A stretch of 14,110 nucleotides of DNA. It comes from a virus (taxonomy: Duplodnaviria; Heunggongvirae; Uroviricota; Caudoviricetes). The stretch lies in the IMG/VR virus record IMGVR_UViG_2541047932_000008. One strand, written 5' to 3'. Of this stretch, positions 1-7,141 are shown in pieces (position 1 is the stretch's first letter; each line of letters starts with the position of its first letter). Made by a program: the position numbers and the translations under genes. The notes under the pieces are model-generated. The model worked only from the letters and a program-made list of their open reading frames with translations. It ran no database searches and was not told where the DNA came from.

Positions 1-1116
1 ACGATCCGGAATAATGCTCCTGCGCGCCCATGAACTGAAATGTGTCGGGCGGTTTGATGATACCTGGTTTCCATTCGTTCTCGATGCCGCACCGTAATAT
101 CCTGATGCCGGAATATCCGGATCTTCTGCCGGCGCGTTAGTGGCGGTATTGACGCCGTTACCGTCTGTCATGAAGGGTACAAAATAAACGCCATCACTCT
201 CCCTGTTTTTGTACGCCCCGTAAATGGTGTTGTACTGCGTGCCGTAGGTGTTTTTCCAGTAATACGTCGTGTCACCACAAATCCACGGCACATTTACAGC
301 ACTGCCACCATGACACTGCGCGTTAAACACAGTGAGGTCAGCACGAAACTGCTTCAGCATGGCTGTAAACAGCGCAGGTTGCTGTGCATAGGTGGCGGCG
401 CTCATGTCAAACTCTCCCTGCATCCAGCACACCGCCAGCAACACATTTTTCGGGTTCTTCTGTAATGCAGCTTTAGTGCGCGCAATCAGGTCCTGATATA
501 ACGGTTTACCCACACCCCAGCGTGCCGAATCCTGGCTGGCCCCCGTGTCCGCACTGAATGTCCCCTCCGCGCCCTGGGTGAATGCCGAACCACCACGACA
601 GCATGGTACCAGCAGGATCCCCGCGTTATTCGGGATATACGGGAGCAGTTTTTTGGCAATATGTAAGCCCTGGCCGACACAGCCGTACTGCCCTTTGCTC
701 AGGTCTGCCTTCGGATGATTCAGCGTACTCATATCCTGCACATCATGCAGACAGTGGTCAGCCGGGATGATGTCGTTATACGTACAACTCTCTCCACCCG
801 GAGTTACCGTGCTGCGGCGCGCCAGCTGTTTAATGCGCGGATCCGGAGCATCGTAAGAATCCGGTAACGGAAGCCCTTCACCGTAGGCCATGCCGTTGGA
901 CTGTCCGGCAAGCACAACCACGTAGAACCAGTCCGGCTCAGATGAAGGGCCGACCTGTGGATCTCCTTCAATAGCCACCGCCTGCATCAGTGTGTACGGC
1001 GTAATGGCAACCGGTCCGCCATATGGCTGCCAGCCCTCTTTCAGTTTGTGTGTCAGCTTTTCCGCAAGGTCTGACGGCGACGCCGCCCTGACCACATCGT
1101 AGTGTTTAAATACCAT
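1..1116 (-). CDS. nanS: Prophage sialate O-acetylesterase NanS-p-like, N-terminal 372 codons; C-terminal part lies beyond the window edge
   Basis: ATG at 1116-1114 (minus) opens a frame that stays open to position 1. Translation begins MVFKHYDVVRAASPSDLAEKL (DUF1737-like N-terminus) and contains FYVVVLAGQSNGMAYGEGLP, the GQSN block of SASA/SGNH esterases. Not in the ORF track because it has no stop inside the window. Confidence 0.8.
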   Translation of the reverse strand, partial: MVFKHYDVVRAASPSDLAEKLTHKLKEGWQPYGGPVAITPYTLMQAVAIEGDPQVGPSSEPDWFYVVVLAGQSNGMAYGEGLPLPDSYDAPDPRIKQLARRSTVTPGGESCTYNDIIPADHCLHDVQDMSTLNHPKADLSKGQYGCVGQGLHIAKKLLPYIPNNAGILLVPCCRGGSAFTQGAEGTFSADTGASQDSARWGVGKPLYQDLIARTKAALQKNPKNVLLAVCWMQGEFDMSAATYAQQPALFTAMLKQFRADLTVFNAQCHGGSAVNVPWICGDTTYYWKNTYGTQYNTIYGAYKNRESDGVYFVPFMTDGNGVNTATNAPAEDPDIPASGYYGAASRTNGNQVSSNRPTHFSSWARRSIIPDR

Positions 1117-2204
1117 GACCTTTTCCACCATATAAAGGAACAATAAATTCTTTTCTGATAGAGATTTAAATAAAAATACATTATTTTACAAAAAATAATA
1201 TCCATTACAAAAACATCCGATTTTTTTATATTCCCGCTCATCCTGCTAATTTGTATTACAAAAAATAAAACAACTTGAACCAAAGTGATACAAAATTAGA
1301 AAAGAAAACCCCAGGAAGACAAAGAAAACGATCTTTATCAATGAGTTACACTGATTTATTGACTATGATTTTTAGCAAAACAATCGAAAGCAATGTGTAC
1401 CGAGAAGGTTAAAAGATGGAATGGATAGTTATTGACACAGTGATATGCCCATCAAGCGGAATAACGTTTTCAACTGTATGGTGTAAAATAAAGTTGATAA
1501 TCTGGTATCAGTCAGATGTGTTCCTGCCACCCGGAAGTATTCTCACACCTGTTAACTCAGGTGTGATTATGGATAATAAGCTGCTTCCATTAACCATTTA
1601 CAACGTGACACCATTTAACAGAAAATTCTGGTTCCTTATCAGAAATCAAAAAGAGTGCCCCGGGAATTCAGTTAAAACAAAAATAAAATGCCATAATAGT
1701 ATGTGTGTACTGATGATATGCCCGTATGGATTATATAAGTAACAACATATGAATACATAACAGATAAACTATTGACCTTGAGGCTCATCCATATAAAGAA
1801 GAGCTCTCCGAAGAGGTGTGTATTTGCATGCACATTCCTTTTTCGCTCTATGTCATGACCTCCGGCGACTCTATCCCGGCACCAGCAAACCCGCATCATT
1901 CTCGTTTCCGGTGTCTCTAAAACCACAGCACACCTGCCCCCCGCTGAGGGAGGGAAGCACTGTATCCGTACACTCAGCAACAGAAATACCACCCGCTCAC
2001 TGCGCTACATATCAGCAACAATTTTATACCCGAACATTATCATTCAACAGCATGGTTCACAACAACATCATAACCCAGGAAACGAGAATCAGATCAAAAA
2101 AACAGAAATTTTACATGAAAAATACTGTTTATTAATATTGATAGCGTCGTACCACAAAATACGATGAATTATCCCTGAACTTAACATTAATGCCAGTATG
2201 TATT

Positions 2205-2224
2205 GCCCGCTGGTATCAGCGGGC
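2205..2224. other. GC-rich stem-loop (8-bp stem GCCCGCTG/CAGCGGGC, loop GTAT) about 110 bp beyond the methyltransferase stop
   Basis: Perfect inverted repeat at 2205-2212 and 2217-2224. Followed on the plus strand by GCTTTAAG (short T-run) and on the minus strand by AATACATAC, so terminator function is uncertain on either strand. Confidence 0.3.
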
Positions 2225-2335
2225 GCTTTAAGAGATCGTATTCATGACTACCTGGGAAAAAGCTATTTTACTATTGTCAGTTTTTATTGCAGCCTTATCT
2301 GTCTACTTGCTTCACAGCCTGAACTGACCATATCT

Positions 2336-3412
2336 TTATCCATCCTTCCCGTCATCAATTGAGCATGTAAGGATGTGACTAATCTCCTTAACGGTCTGCG
2401 CAAAACGTTCTGCCTCCAGTTCAACACCAGTTGCACGACGCCCGAGCGCCATAGCTGCTTTTATGGTTGAGCCAGAACCCATGAAAAAATCCGCCACCAG
2501 GTCACCCGGACGACTGCTCGCGCAGATTATCTGCCGCAGCATTTCTGCCGGTTTTTCGCACGGATGTTTCCCTGGATAGTACTGCACCGGTTTATGCGTC
2601 CACACATCGGTGTACGGCACCTGCACCGTCACACCGAAATACCGCCGCAAATTTTTATATTCACTCAGCAGTTCCATATACTGCCGGTTCAGCTCACTGT
2701 ATGTGCTGACCAGTTGGTAATGGGACTTTTCCAGTTCTCCCCGCTGATGTTTCTCTTCTGCCACCCGGGCAAACAGCGACTGTAATTTCAGATAATCGCT
2801 TTCGTTCGGTAGCTGCCACTGACTGGCACTGAACCAGTGCGACACCATGTTTTTCTTTCCTGTGGCATCTGCAATCTGTTTTGCCGTTATCCCAAGAGCA
2901 GCACGCGCATCACGAAAGTAAGAAATCAGCGGGGCCATCACATGCTGTTTCAGTGCCCTGCCCTTCGCCTCATCGCCATCATCTTTCGGACGATACGGCC
3001 CCTGATAATGTTCCGCGAACAGAATGCGTTCTGTGGCCGGAAAATACGCCCGCAGGCTTTCCTTGTTGCACCCGTTCCAGCGTCCGGACGGCTTCGCCCA
3101 GATAATATGGTTCAGCACACTGAAGCGTTCACGCATCATGATTTCGATATCAGATGCCAGGCGATGACCACAGAACAGGTAAAGACTTCCGGCAGGTTTC
3201 AGCACCCGCCAGAACTGCGCCAGACACTGGTCCAGCCACTTCAGGTAATCATCGTCGCCCTTCCACTGGTTATCCCAGCCCTCAGGCTTCACTTTAAAGT
3301 ACGGCGGGTCCGTGACTATCAGGTCAACAGAATTTTCGGGTAACGACCGGATAAATTCCAGGCAATCAGCGTTGATTAACTTACAACTGGATATTTTTAC
3401 AGTATTAAGCAT
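2336..3412 (-). CDS. Orphan DNA N6-adenine methyltransferase, beta-class (motif IV before motif I)
   Basis: 358-aa ORF. DLIVTDPPY (catalytic DPPY motif) near the N-terminus and DLVADFFMGSGSTIKAAMALGRRATGVE (FxGxG AdoMet-binding motif) near the C-terminus. No adjacent restriction endonuclease ORF. Confidence 0.88.
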   Translation of the reverse strand: MLNTVKISSCKLINADCLEFIRSLPENSVDLIVTDPPYFKVKPEGWDNQWKGDDDYLKWLDQCLAQFWRVLKPAGSLYLFCGHRLASDIEIMMRERFSVLNHIIWAKPSGRWNGCNKESLRAYFPATERILFAEHYQGPYRPKDDGDEAKGRALKQHVMAPLISYFRDARAALGITAKQIADATGKKNMVSHWFSASQWQLPNESDYLKLQSLFARVAEEKHQRGELEKSHYQLVSTYSELNRQYMELLSEYKNLRRYFGVTVQVPYTDVWTHKPVQYYPGKHPCEKPAEMLRQIICASSRPGDLVADFFMGSGSTIKAAMALGRRATGVELEAERFAQTVKEISHILTCSIDDGKDG

Positions 3413-3547
3413 GGATCATTAAGCCTGTCTCTGATAGGCTCATTCTGCTTTTGCGCAAAGCAGTGGGCCTGAGGTTTGCTTGTGAACCCAACGCATGAGC
3501 AGATGGCTGGTGGGTGCCCCTAACACCCACCAGCCGCCCATTTACCA

Positions 3548-3576
3548 CAAATAAAAAAGCCTTCACTGCGGAAGGC
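3548..3576 (-). terminator. Rho-independent terminator after the small ORF
   Basis: Minus strand reads GCCTTC-CGCAGT-GAAGGC (plus 3559-3576) followed by TTTTTTATTT. The TGA stop of the small ORF lies in the loop. Confidence 0.7.
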
Positions 3577-3760
3577 GTCTGTAACAACCGAACTGATAGT
3601 CTGCCAGACCCGCCATAACCAGCTGAGTCAGTATTAACTGGCAGCGTTCGCGTGAAAGGTAAGTATTCTGCGCTATCTCCCCGACTGTCGCCGGTTCGGT
3701 AACGCTTAATTCATTAAACACCACTCTGGCGGTTTCTGTCATATCCTGCTGTTTTAGCAT
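3563..3760 (-). CDS. Small hypothetical protein (65 aa) with helix-turn-helix-like segment
   Basis: ATG at 3760 preceded by AAGGGAAAAAGA. Product MLKQQDMTETARVVFNELSVTEPATVGEIAQNTYLSRERCQLILTQLVMAGLADYQFGCYRRLPQ. The ORF track's 106-aa version starts upstream with no ribosome-binding site. Confidence 0.5.
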   Translation of the reverse strand: MLKQQDMTETARVVFNELSVTEPATVGEIAQNTYLSRERCQLILTQLVMAGLADYQFGCYRRLPQ

Positions 3761-3883
3761 GTCTTTTTCCCTTTTCCGGTTAACGTGACACACCAATAAC
3801 TCTTGTCGAAAAAGCCAGCAAGCTGAAAGAACGGTATTAATAACCACCAGCGAATTTATTGCGCTACTGTATATTGCGGACAC

Positions 3884-3906
3884 AAAAAAACCACCTTCCG
3901 GTGGCT
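3884..3906 (-). terminator. tR'-like intrinsic terminator about 200 nt downstream of the Q-like gene
   Basis: Minus strand reads AGCCACC-GGAA-GGTGGTT followed by a T7 run (plus 3884-3890 is A7). Unidirectional. Confidence 0.55.
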
Positions 3907-4030
3907 TCCTTGTGCGAAAAAAACTTGCGTTTCGCCTCGCGATACAGCTTTGCGAAGCTTATACGGATTGAAGCAGTTTATTGATCAGTTTGCAACATTT
4001 TTCTCTGTAACAAAAGCCATGCGCATGGGG

Positions 4031-4066
4031 GCATATAACATAAATTCAGATACCCCCAACCATTGA
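4031..4066 (-). promoter_or_regulatory. Candidate late promoter (pR'-like) with possible Q-utilisation region
   Basis: Minus strand reads TTGATCAATGGTTGGGGGTATCTGAATTTATGTTATATGC, containing an extended -10-like TGtTATATg with TTGGGG/TTGATC as possible -35. Lies 35-70 nt downstream of the Q stop and upstream of the tR'-like terminator. Sequence reading only. Confidence 0.3.
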
Positions 4067-4099
4067 TCAATTCGGCGTCTGCACGTAACCAACGACCAA

Positions 4100-4537
4100 T
4101 CAGGATGATCTGCATTTAACCTTTCGGCCATTTTCAGTTTGCTCATTCCCCCGTCCTTCGTACCTTTGCCGGAGAACATTGATTAGCCCGGGATATTCCC
4201 CAAGCACCTCACTGATAACGCGATCAATAATCAACGCCTCTGTGTCTGTACAATGTGACAACCAGCTCTTCTGCTTTCCTCTTGTCATATCCCGAAAAAA
4301 TGCCTCAAGTTCCGGTTTTTCCAGCCCGGATTTCTTCATTCTGCGTAAAACCTCATTAACTGCTGTTTTCGTCAGCTTTTTCGAAACCAGTAACCGGTTA
4401 AACATATTTCCGGATTTACCCCCACCGATATACGACCACCGCCCCCACATCCGTAATTTCCCCTGGATCCAGACTGCTTCCAGCGTGTTCAGGCGTAAAT
4501 GTTCGCCGCTTTTGCCTGTAATTTCCGGATATATCAT
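4100..4537 (-). CDS. Putative late antiterminator Q-like protein (about 145 aa)
   Basis: ATG at 4537 (the ORF track's 4549 start is GTG). Sits immediately after rusA and before the promoter/terminator module and cargo genes, the canonical Q position. The family assignment rests on position and size only. Confidence 0.55.
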   Translation of the reverse strand: MIYPEITGKSGEHLRLNTLEAVWIQGKLRMWGRWSYIGGGKSGNMFNRLLVSKKLTKTAVNEVLRRMKKSGLEKPELEAFFRDMTRGKQKSWLSHCTDTEALIIDRVISEVLGEYPGLINVLRQRYEGRGNEQTENGRKVKCRSS

Positions 4538-4545
4538 ATTTACGC

Positions 4546-4905
4546 TCACTCACTCTCAATTTTGTAAATCTTCACACCCAGCCGTCCACCAGATACTGGC
4601 TGACCACGTACAATATTGATTTCATCAAACTGCTCGTCATCAATGAGCACTCCCGCATGCGTCAGCGCATCCAGCGGTGCTTTCAGAATGTTGTCCAGGT
4701 CGCGACGACGCTTATCCGGTGGCTCTGCAATCACCTTTATCGCCAGCCTTCCGGACAGGCTTAATTTCAGCCGCTGCTGGCGAACAATAAGCGCCACAGC
4801 CCGGCGATAACGCTCACCGGCTTTTGATACAAAATATGTGCTGCCACGACGTCGCCAGTAGGTGTTCACCGTCGGCGGGTAAGGCAAAACAAACTCTATG
4901 AGCAT
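4546..4905 (-). CDS. rusA: Holliday junction resolvase RusA
   Basis: 119 aa with the RusA catalytic block PPDKRRRDLDNILKAPLDALTHAGVLIDDEQ. RBS AAGAGGTGA before ATG 4905. Stop is 8 nt upstream of the Q-like start. Confidence 0.9.
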   Translation of the reverse strand: MLIEFVLPYPPTVNTYWRRRGSTYFVSKAGERYRRAVALIVRQQRLKLSLSGRLAIKVIAEPPDKRRRDLDNILKAPLDALTHAGVLIDDEQFDEINIVRGQPVSGGRLGVKIYKIESE

Positions 4906-4917
4906 CAGTCACCTCTT

Positions 4918-5967
4918 TTACCCGAGCACGCCAGTCGCAAAGGCGTGATCAAGAAAACGAAAAATTAAATCAACCTGGGAACCATGCTTTTCTTCGAACG
5001 CCAGCGGATCCGCATGAAGCTCGTTGTGATGCTCCCGACACAGCGGTAGCGTGAAAATATCGTGGGATTTTGTTCCCATTCCACCCTGACCATGACCAAT
5101 CAGATGATGAGGATCGTCCGCTGGCTTACCACAACACGCACACGGCTGTGTCTTTACCCAGCGTGTGTATTTCTCATTTACCCAGCGGCGACGTTTAGGT
5201 CGTTTCATGAAGGATTCCGGAGACTCCGGATCAACGGCAATGCTGACCACCGTCTTTTCCTGTGGTGGGTTCTGTTGCTGGTGGGTGTGAGGCGGTAGCG
5301 CAATATTTTTTGTGCGCTGCTTCAGTATGCTGGTGGCGGTCTGTTCTCCCGGTATGATGTCGCTTTCACGGTATACGGAGCGGATTTTTTCCGCCGGTAA
5401 TCCCAGAGAACGACGCGCTACTGCCTCAGGTAGTGCATCCACCACCTGATTGCAGGCCGCCCACCAGGATAATTCGGCCAGCGATAACTCCCTCTCCTGC
5501 GTGCCGCTTATTGCGTGACGGATGACGTCAATCATCCAGGCAACCAGATTCTGCTGAGCAAGTTGATCGAGTGATTCTGATGTCTGGTCGCGCAGCTGGT
5601 TGTCACAGTGCCAGCACAACACCATCGCGCCGGTACCGTAACGGTGAATGACTGTTTCGCTGTGATGATAATCGCCGTGTGGCCACTGGCAGGATTTCAC
5701 GTGACGTAATAACCAGTCAGACAGTGCGCCAGCGCCGCCAGCAGCACGAATCACACGCTCATCGCTGAAAAATGGCAGTAATGATTTATCCTCCGCCAGC
5801 GGCTGGCGAACGGCAGGGACGACTCCGGACGGCAGACCGCGCATGCTTTTCGGTTCAGACTCCACCAGCACCCTGTCGCCATGAAATACCCGCATGGATT
5901 CACGGCTTGGCTTAACGATAACCACCCCGAGTTCCGGTACCAGAACAGGTCGAAGTAATACCCGCAC
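4918..5967 (-). CDS. YdfU-like / DUF968-type prophage protein with two Cys/His clusters
   Basis: 349 aa, GTG start at 5967 preceded by TGGAGGTAAC. Contains CQWPHGDYHH...CWHCDNQ and C-terminal CACCGKPADDPHHLIGHG...CREHHNELH (HNH/zinc-binding-like). Position between small nin-like genes and rusA-Q mirrors ydfU in the Qin prophage. Confidence 0.75.
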   Translation of the reverse strand: MRVLLRPVLVPELGVVIVKPSRESMRVFHGDRVLVESEPKSMRGLPSGVVPAVRQPLAEDKSLLPFFSDERVIRAAGGAGALSDWLLRHVKSCQWPHGDYHHSETVIHRYGTGAMVLCWHCDNQLRDQTSESLDQLAQQNLVAWMIDVIRHAISGTQERELSLAELSWWAACNQVVDALPEAVARRSLGLPAEKIRSVYRESDIIPGEQTATSILKQRTKNIALPPHTHQQQNPPQEKTVVSIAVDPESPESFMKRPKRRRWVNEKYTRWVKTQPCACCGKPADDPHHLIGHGQGGMGTKSHDIFTLPLCREHHNELHADPLAFEEKHGSQVDLIFRFLDHAFATGVLG

Positions 5968-5968
5968 G

Positions 5969-6247
5969 TTACCTCCAGATGCGCTGGCAATAACTGACTG
6001 GTGTACGTGGCTGATGATTTGATACAGGTAATGTCACCGAAACAAACCACGTCCTGCCGTCAGGGTTGAGTTGCTTTATTATTGTGTATCCGCGACGACC
6101 GTATAACTCTTCAAGTTCCCCGAGTTCATGCGTCGTACAGTCCGGATAGTAGAAAGGGTGTTTTTCAGATACGGAAAATCGCCGTCCGTGCCTGCTGGCA
6201 GGGTCGACTGAATTATTGGGATTATGACGTTTGGTATAATGCACCAC
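5969..6247 (-). CDS. Hypothetical protein (92 aa, GTG start)
   Basis: ORF-track frame. GTG at 6247 preceded by ACGAGGG. Its TAA stop sits inside the RBS of the next gene. No recognisable motif. Confidence 0.4.
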   Translation of the reverse strand: MVHYTKRHNPNNSVDPASRHGRRFSVSEKHPFYYPDCTTHELGELEELYGRRGYTIIKQLNPDGRTWFVSVTLPVSNHQPRTPVSYCQRIWR

Positions 6248-6307
6248 TACAACCCTCGTAATGGTGCGACAGGAGCCAGTTGTTCAGGCTGGCTTCACCA
6301 GTATAAT

Positions 6308-6475
6308 TTAGTCTTCTTTAATACAGAAGTGGCTGACAGAATCCATGTGAGATTCTTTAGTGATCAGAATGGCGTCGGGTGGTAACGGCATTACAATAAA
6401 CTCTCCATTTGCAAGGGTTATCACCTCATAACTACCCGGTACAGAAAGCGCAGCAATTAATTCCTTATCATTCAT
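6308..6475 (-). CDS. Hypothetical small protein (55 aa), absent from the ORF track
   Basis: Translated by hand: ATG at 6475 gives MNDKELIAALSVPGSYEVITLANGEFIVMPLPPDAILITKESHMDSVSHFCIKED with TAA at 6310-6308. AGGG lies 8 nt upstream of the ATG. Confidence 0.4.
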   Translation of the reverse strand: MNDKELIAALSVPGSYEVITLANGEFIVMPLPPDAILITKESHMDSVSHFCIKED

Positions 6476-6592
6476 AACAAAACCCTATGAACTTTTAACA
6501 TTTCCCCTTAAGGGGTCCATCCCTCTTCTCCCTGCGCGCTACTTAAGTATTTTTGATTCTATTCCGGCACCTTCAAAAAGCTCAAACGTCTT

Positions 6593-6627
6593 GAAAATAA
6601 ACAACAAAAAACCCGCCGAAGCGGGTT
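6593..6627 (-). terminator. Rho-independent terminator ending the hok transcript
   Basis: Minus strand reads AACCCGC-TTCG-GCGGGTT followed by TTTTTTGTTGTTTATTTT. Unidirectional: the plus strand has an A-run before the stem. Confidence 0.7.
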
Positions 6628-6695
6628 AAGTGCGGGTGCGTTGAGGATGCCTGACACATCAGAGGTGGCGAGGGATTTCTCCCCCGCCAGGTCTC

Positions 6696-6851
6696 TTACT
6701 CCTCAGGTTCGTAAGCTGTGAAGACAGCGACCTCCGTCTGGCCGGTTCGGATTCGTACCTCGCAGAGGTCTTTCCTCGTTACCAGTGCCGTCACAATGAC
6801 GGTTAAACAGATGACGATCAGGGCGATTAGCATCGCCTTTTGCTGCTTCAT
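6696..6851 (-). CDS. hokD: Hok/Gef-family type I toxin (HokD/RelF-like, 51 aa)
   Basis: MKQQKAMLIALIVICLTVIVTALVTRKDLCEVRIRTGQTEVAVFTAYEPEE, which matches HokD as I recall it. SD AAGGAG 7 nt before ATG 6851. The ORF track's 70-aa version (from 6908) is an in-frame upstream extension. Confidence 0.85.
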   Translation of the reverse strand: MKQQKAMLIALIVICLTVIVTALVTRKDLCEVRIRTGQTEVAVFTAYEPEE

Positions 6852-7026
6852 AGCCTGCTTCTCCTTGCCTTTCGGCACGTAAGAGGCTAACCTACGTGTG
6901 TAGAGCATAGATATGGCCTCAGATTAATGTTAAGCGTCTTGCCGGACGCGTAATGTTAACTGGGGCTTTTCTCTATCTGCCGTTGGTGTTCATGCCCGAG
7001 GCAGATAGCCTCAAGCACCCGCAGCA

Positions 7027-7054
7027 ATTCTACTTAACTCTCCTTTTCCCGCAA
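7027..7054 (-). promoter_or_regulatory. Candidate promoter of the hok mRNA
   Basis: Minus strand: TTGCGG (7054-7049), 16-nt spacer, TAGAAT (7032-7027). The predicted start near 7020 gives a leader of about 170 nt, as in hok mRNAs. Confidence 0.4.
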
Positions 7055-7141
7055 ACCGTTTTTATCTCCAGCGACAAATCGAATACACAACCAGCACCAC
7101 CGCCATTACTGTTCCTGCATTTGCGAATGCTTCAGGCCAGG

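Noticed and set aside
1053-1283. 76-aa minus-strand ORF
   Set aside because: Overlaps the nanS-p start in another frame and extends into AT-rich DNA; no RBS.
1672-1992. 106-aa minus-strand ORF in the AT-rich island
   Set aside because: No RBS and a composition-driven product. It overlaps equally unconvincing plus-strand ORFs.
2837-3343. 168-aa and 74-aa plus-strand ORFs inside the methyltransferase gene (also 2564-2785)
   Set aside because: Antisense to a gene with clear methyltransferase motifs; no RBS.
3413-3547. Possible tRNA gene(s) between the Q-like gene and cargo, as in Stx phages
   Set aside because: No 7-bp acceptor stem with a TTCRA T-loop could be folded on either strand. The hairpins present (8-bp and 7-bp stems) do not fit a cloverleaf.
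3405-3587. 60-aa minus-strand ORF spanning the terminator and hairpin leader (also 3985-4179 and 4179-4619 plus)
   Set aside because: Crosses a strong terminator and overlaps the small-ORF stop; it starts inside structured noncoding sequence. The others overlap the Q-like gene.
2336-4100. Shiga toxin genes (stxA/stxB) at the Q-downstream cargo locus
   Set aside because: No ORF pair of the right size (about 315 and 89 aa) or orientation is present. The locus holds a methyltransferase and a small HTH ORF instead.
6852-6908. Separate mok-like reading frame (the ORF track's 70-aa version of hok)
   Set aside because: The upstream ATG at 6908 is in frame with hok and has no SD of its own. I could not tell whether it is a mok-type coupling frame or a chance extension, so hok is called from the SD-preceded ATG at 6851.
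6852-6960. Sok-like antisense RNA gene opposite the hok leader
   Set aside because: No convincing -35/-10 pair plus hairpin/U-tract terminator was found on the plus strand; only a direct repeat TAATGTTAA (6924-6932 and 6951-6959) flanking a small hairpin. Left unresolved rather than called.
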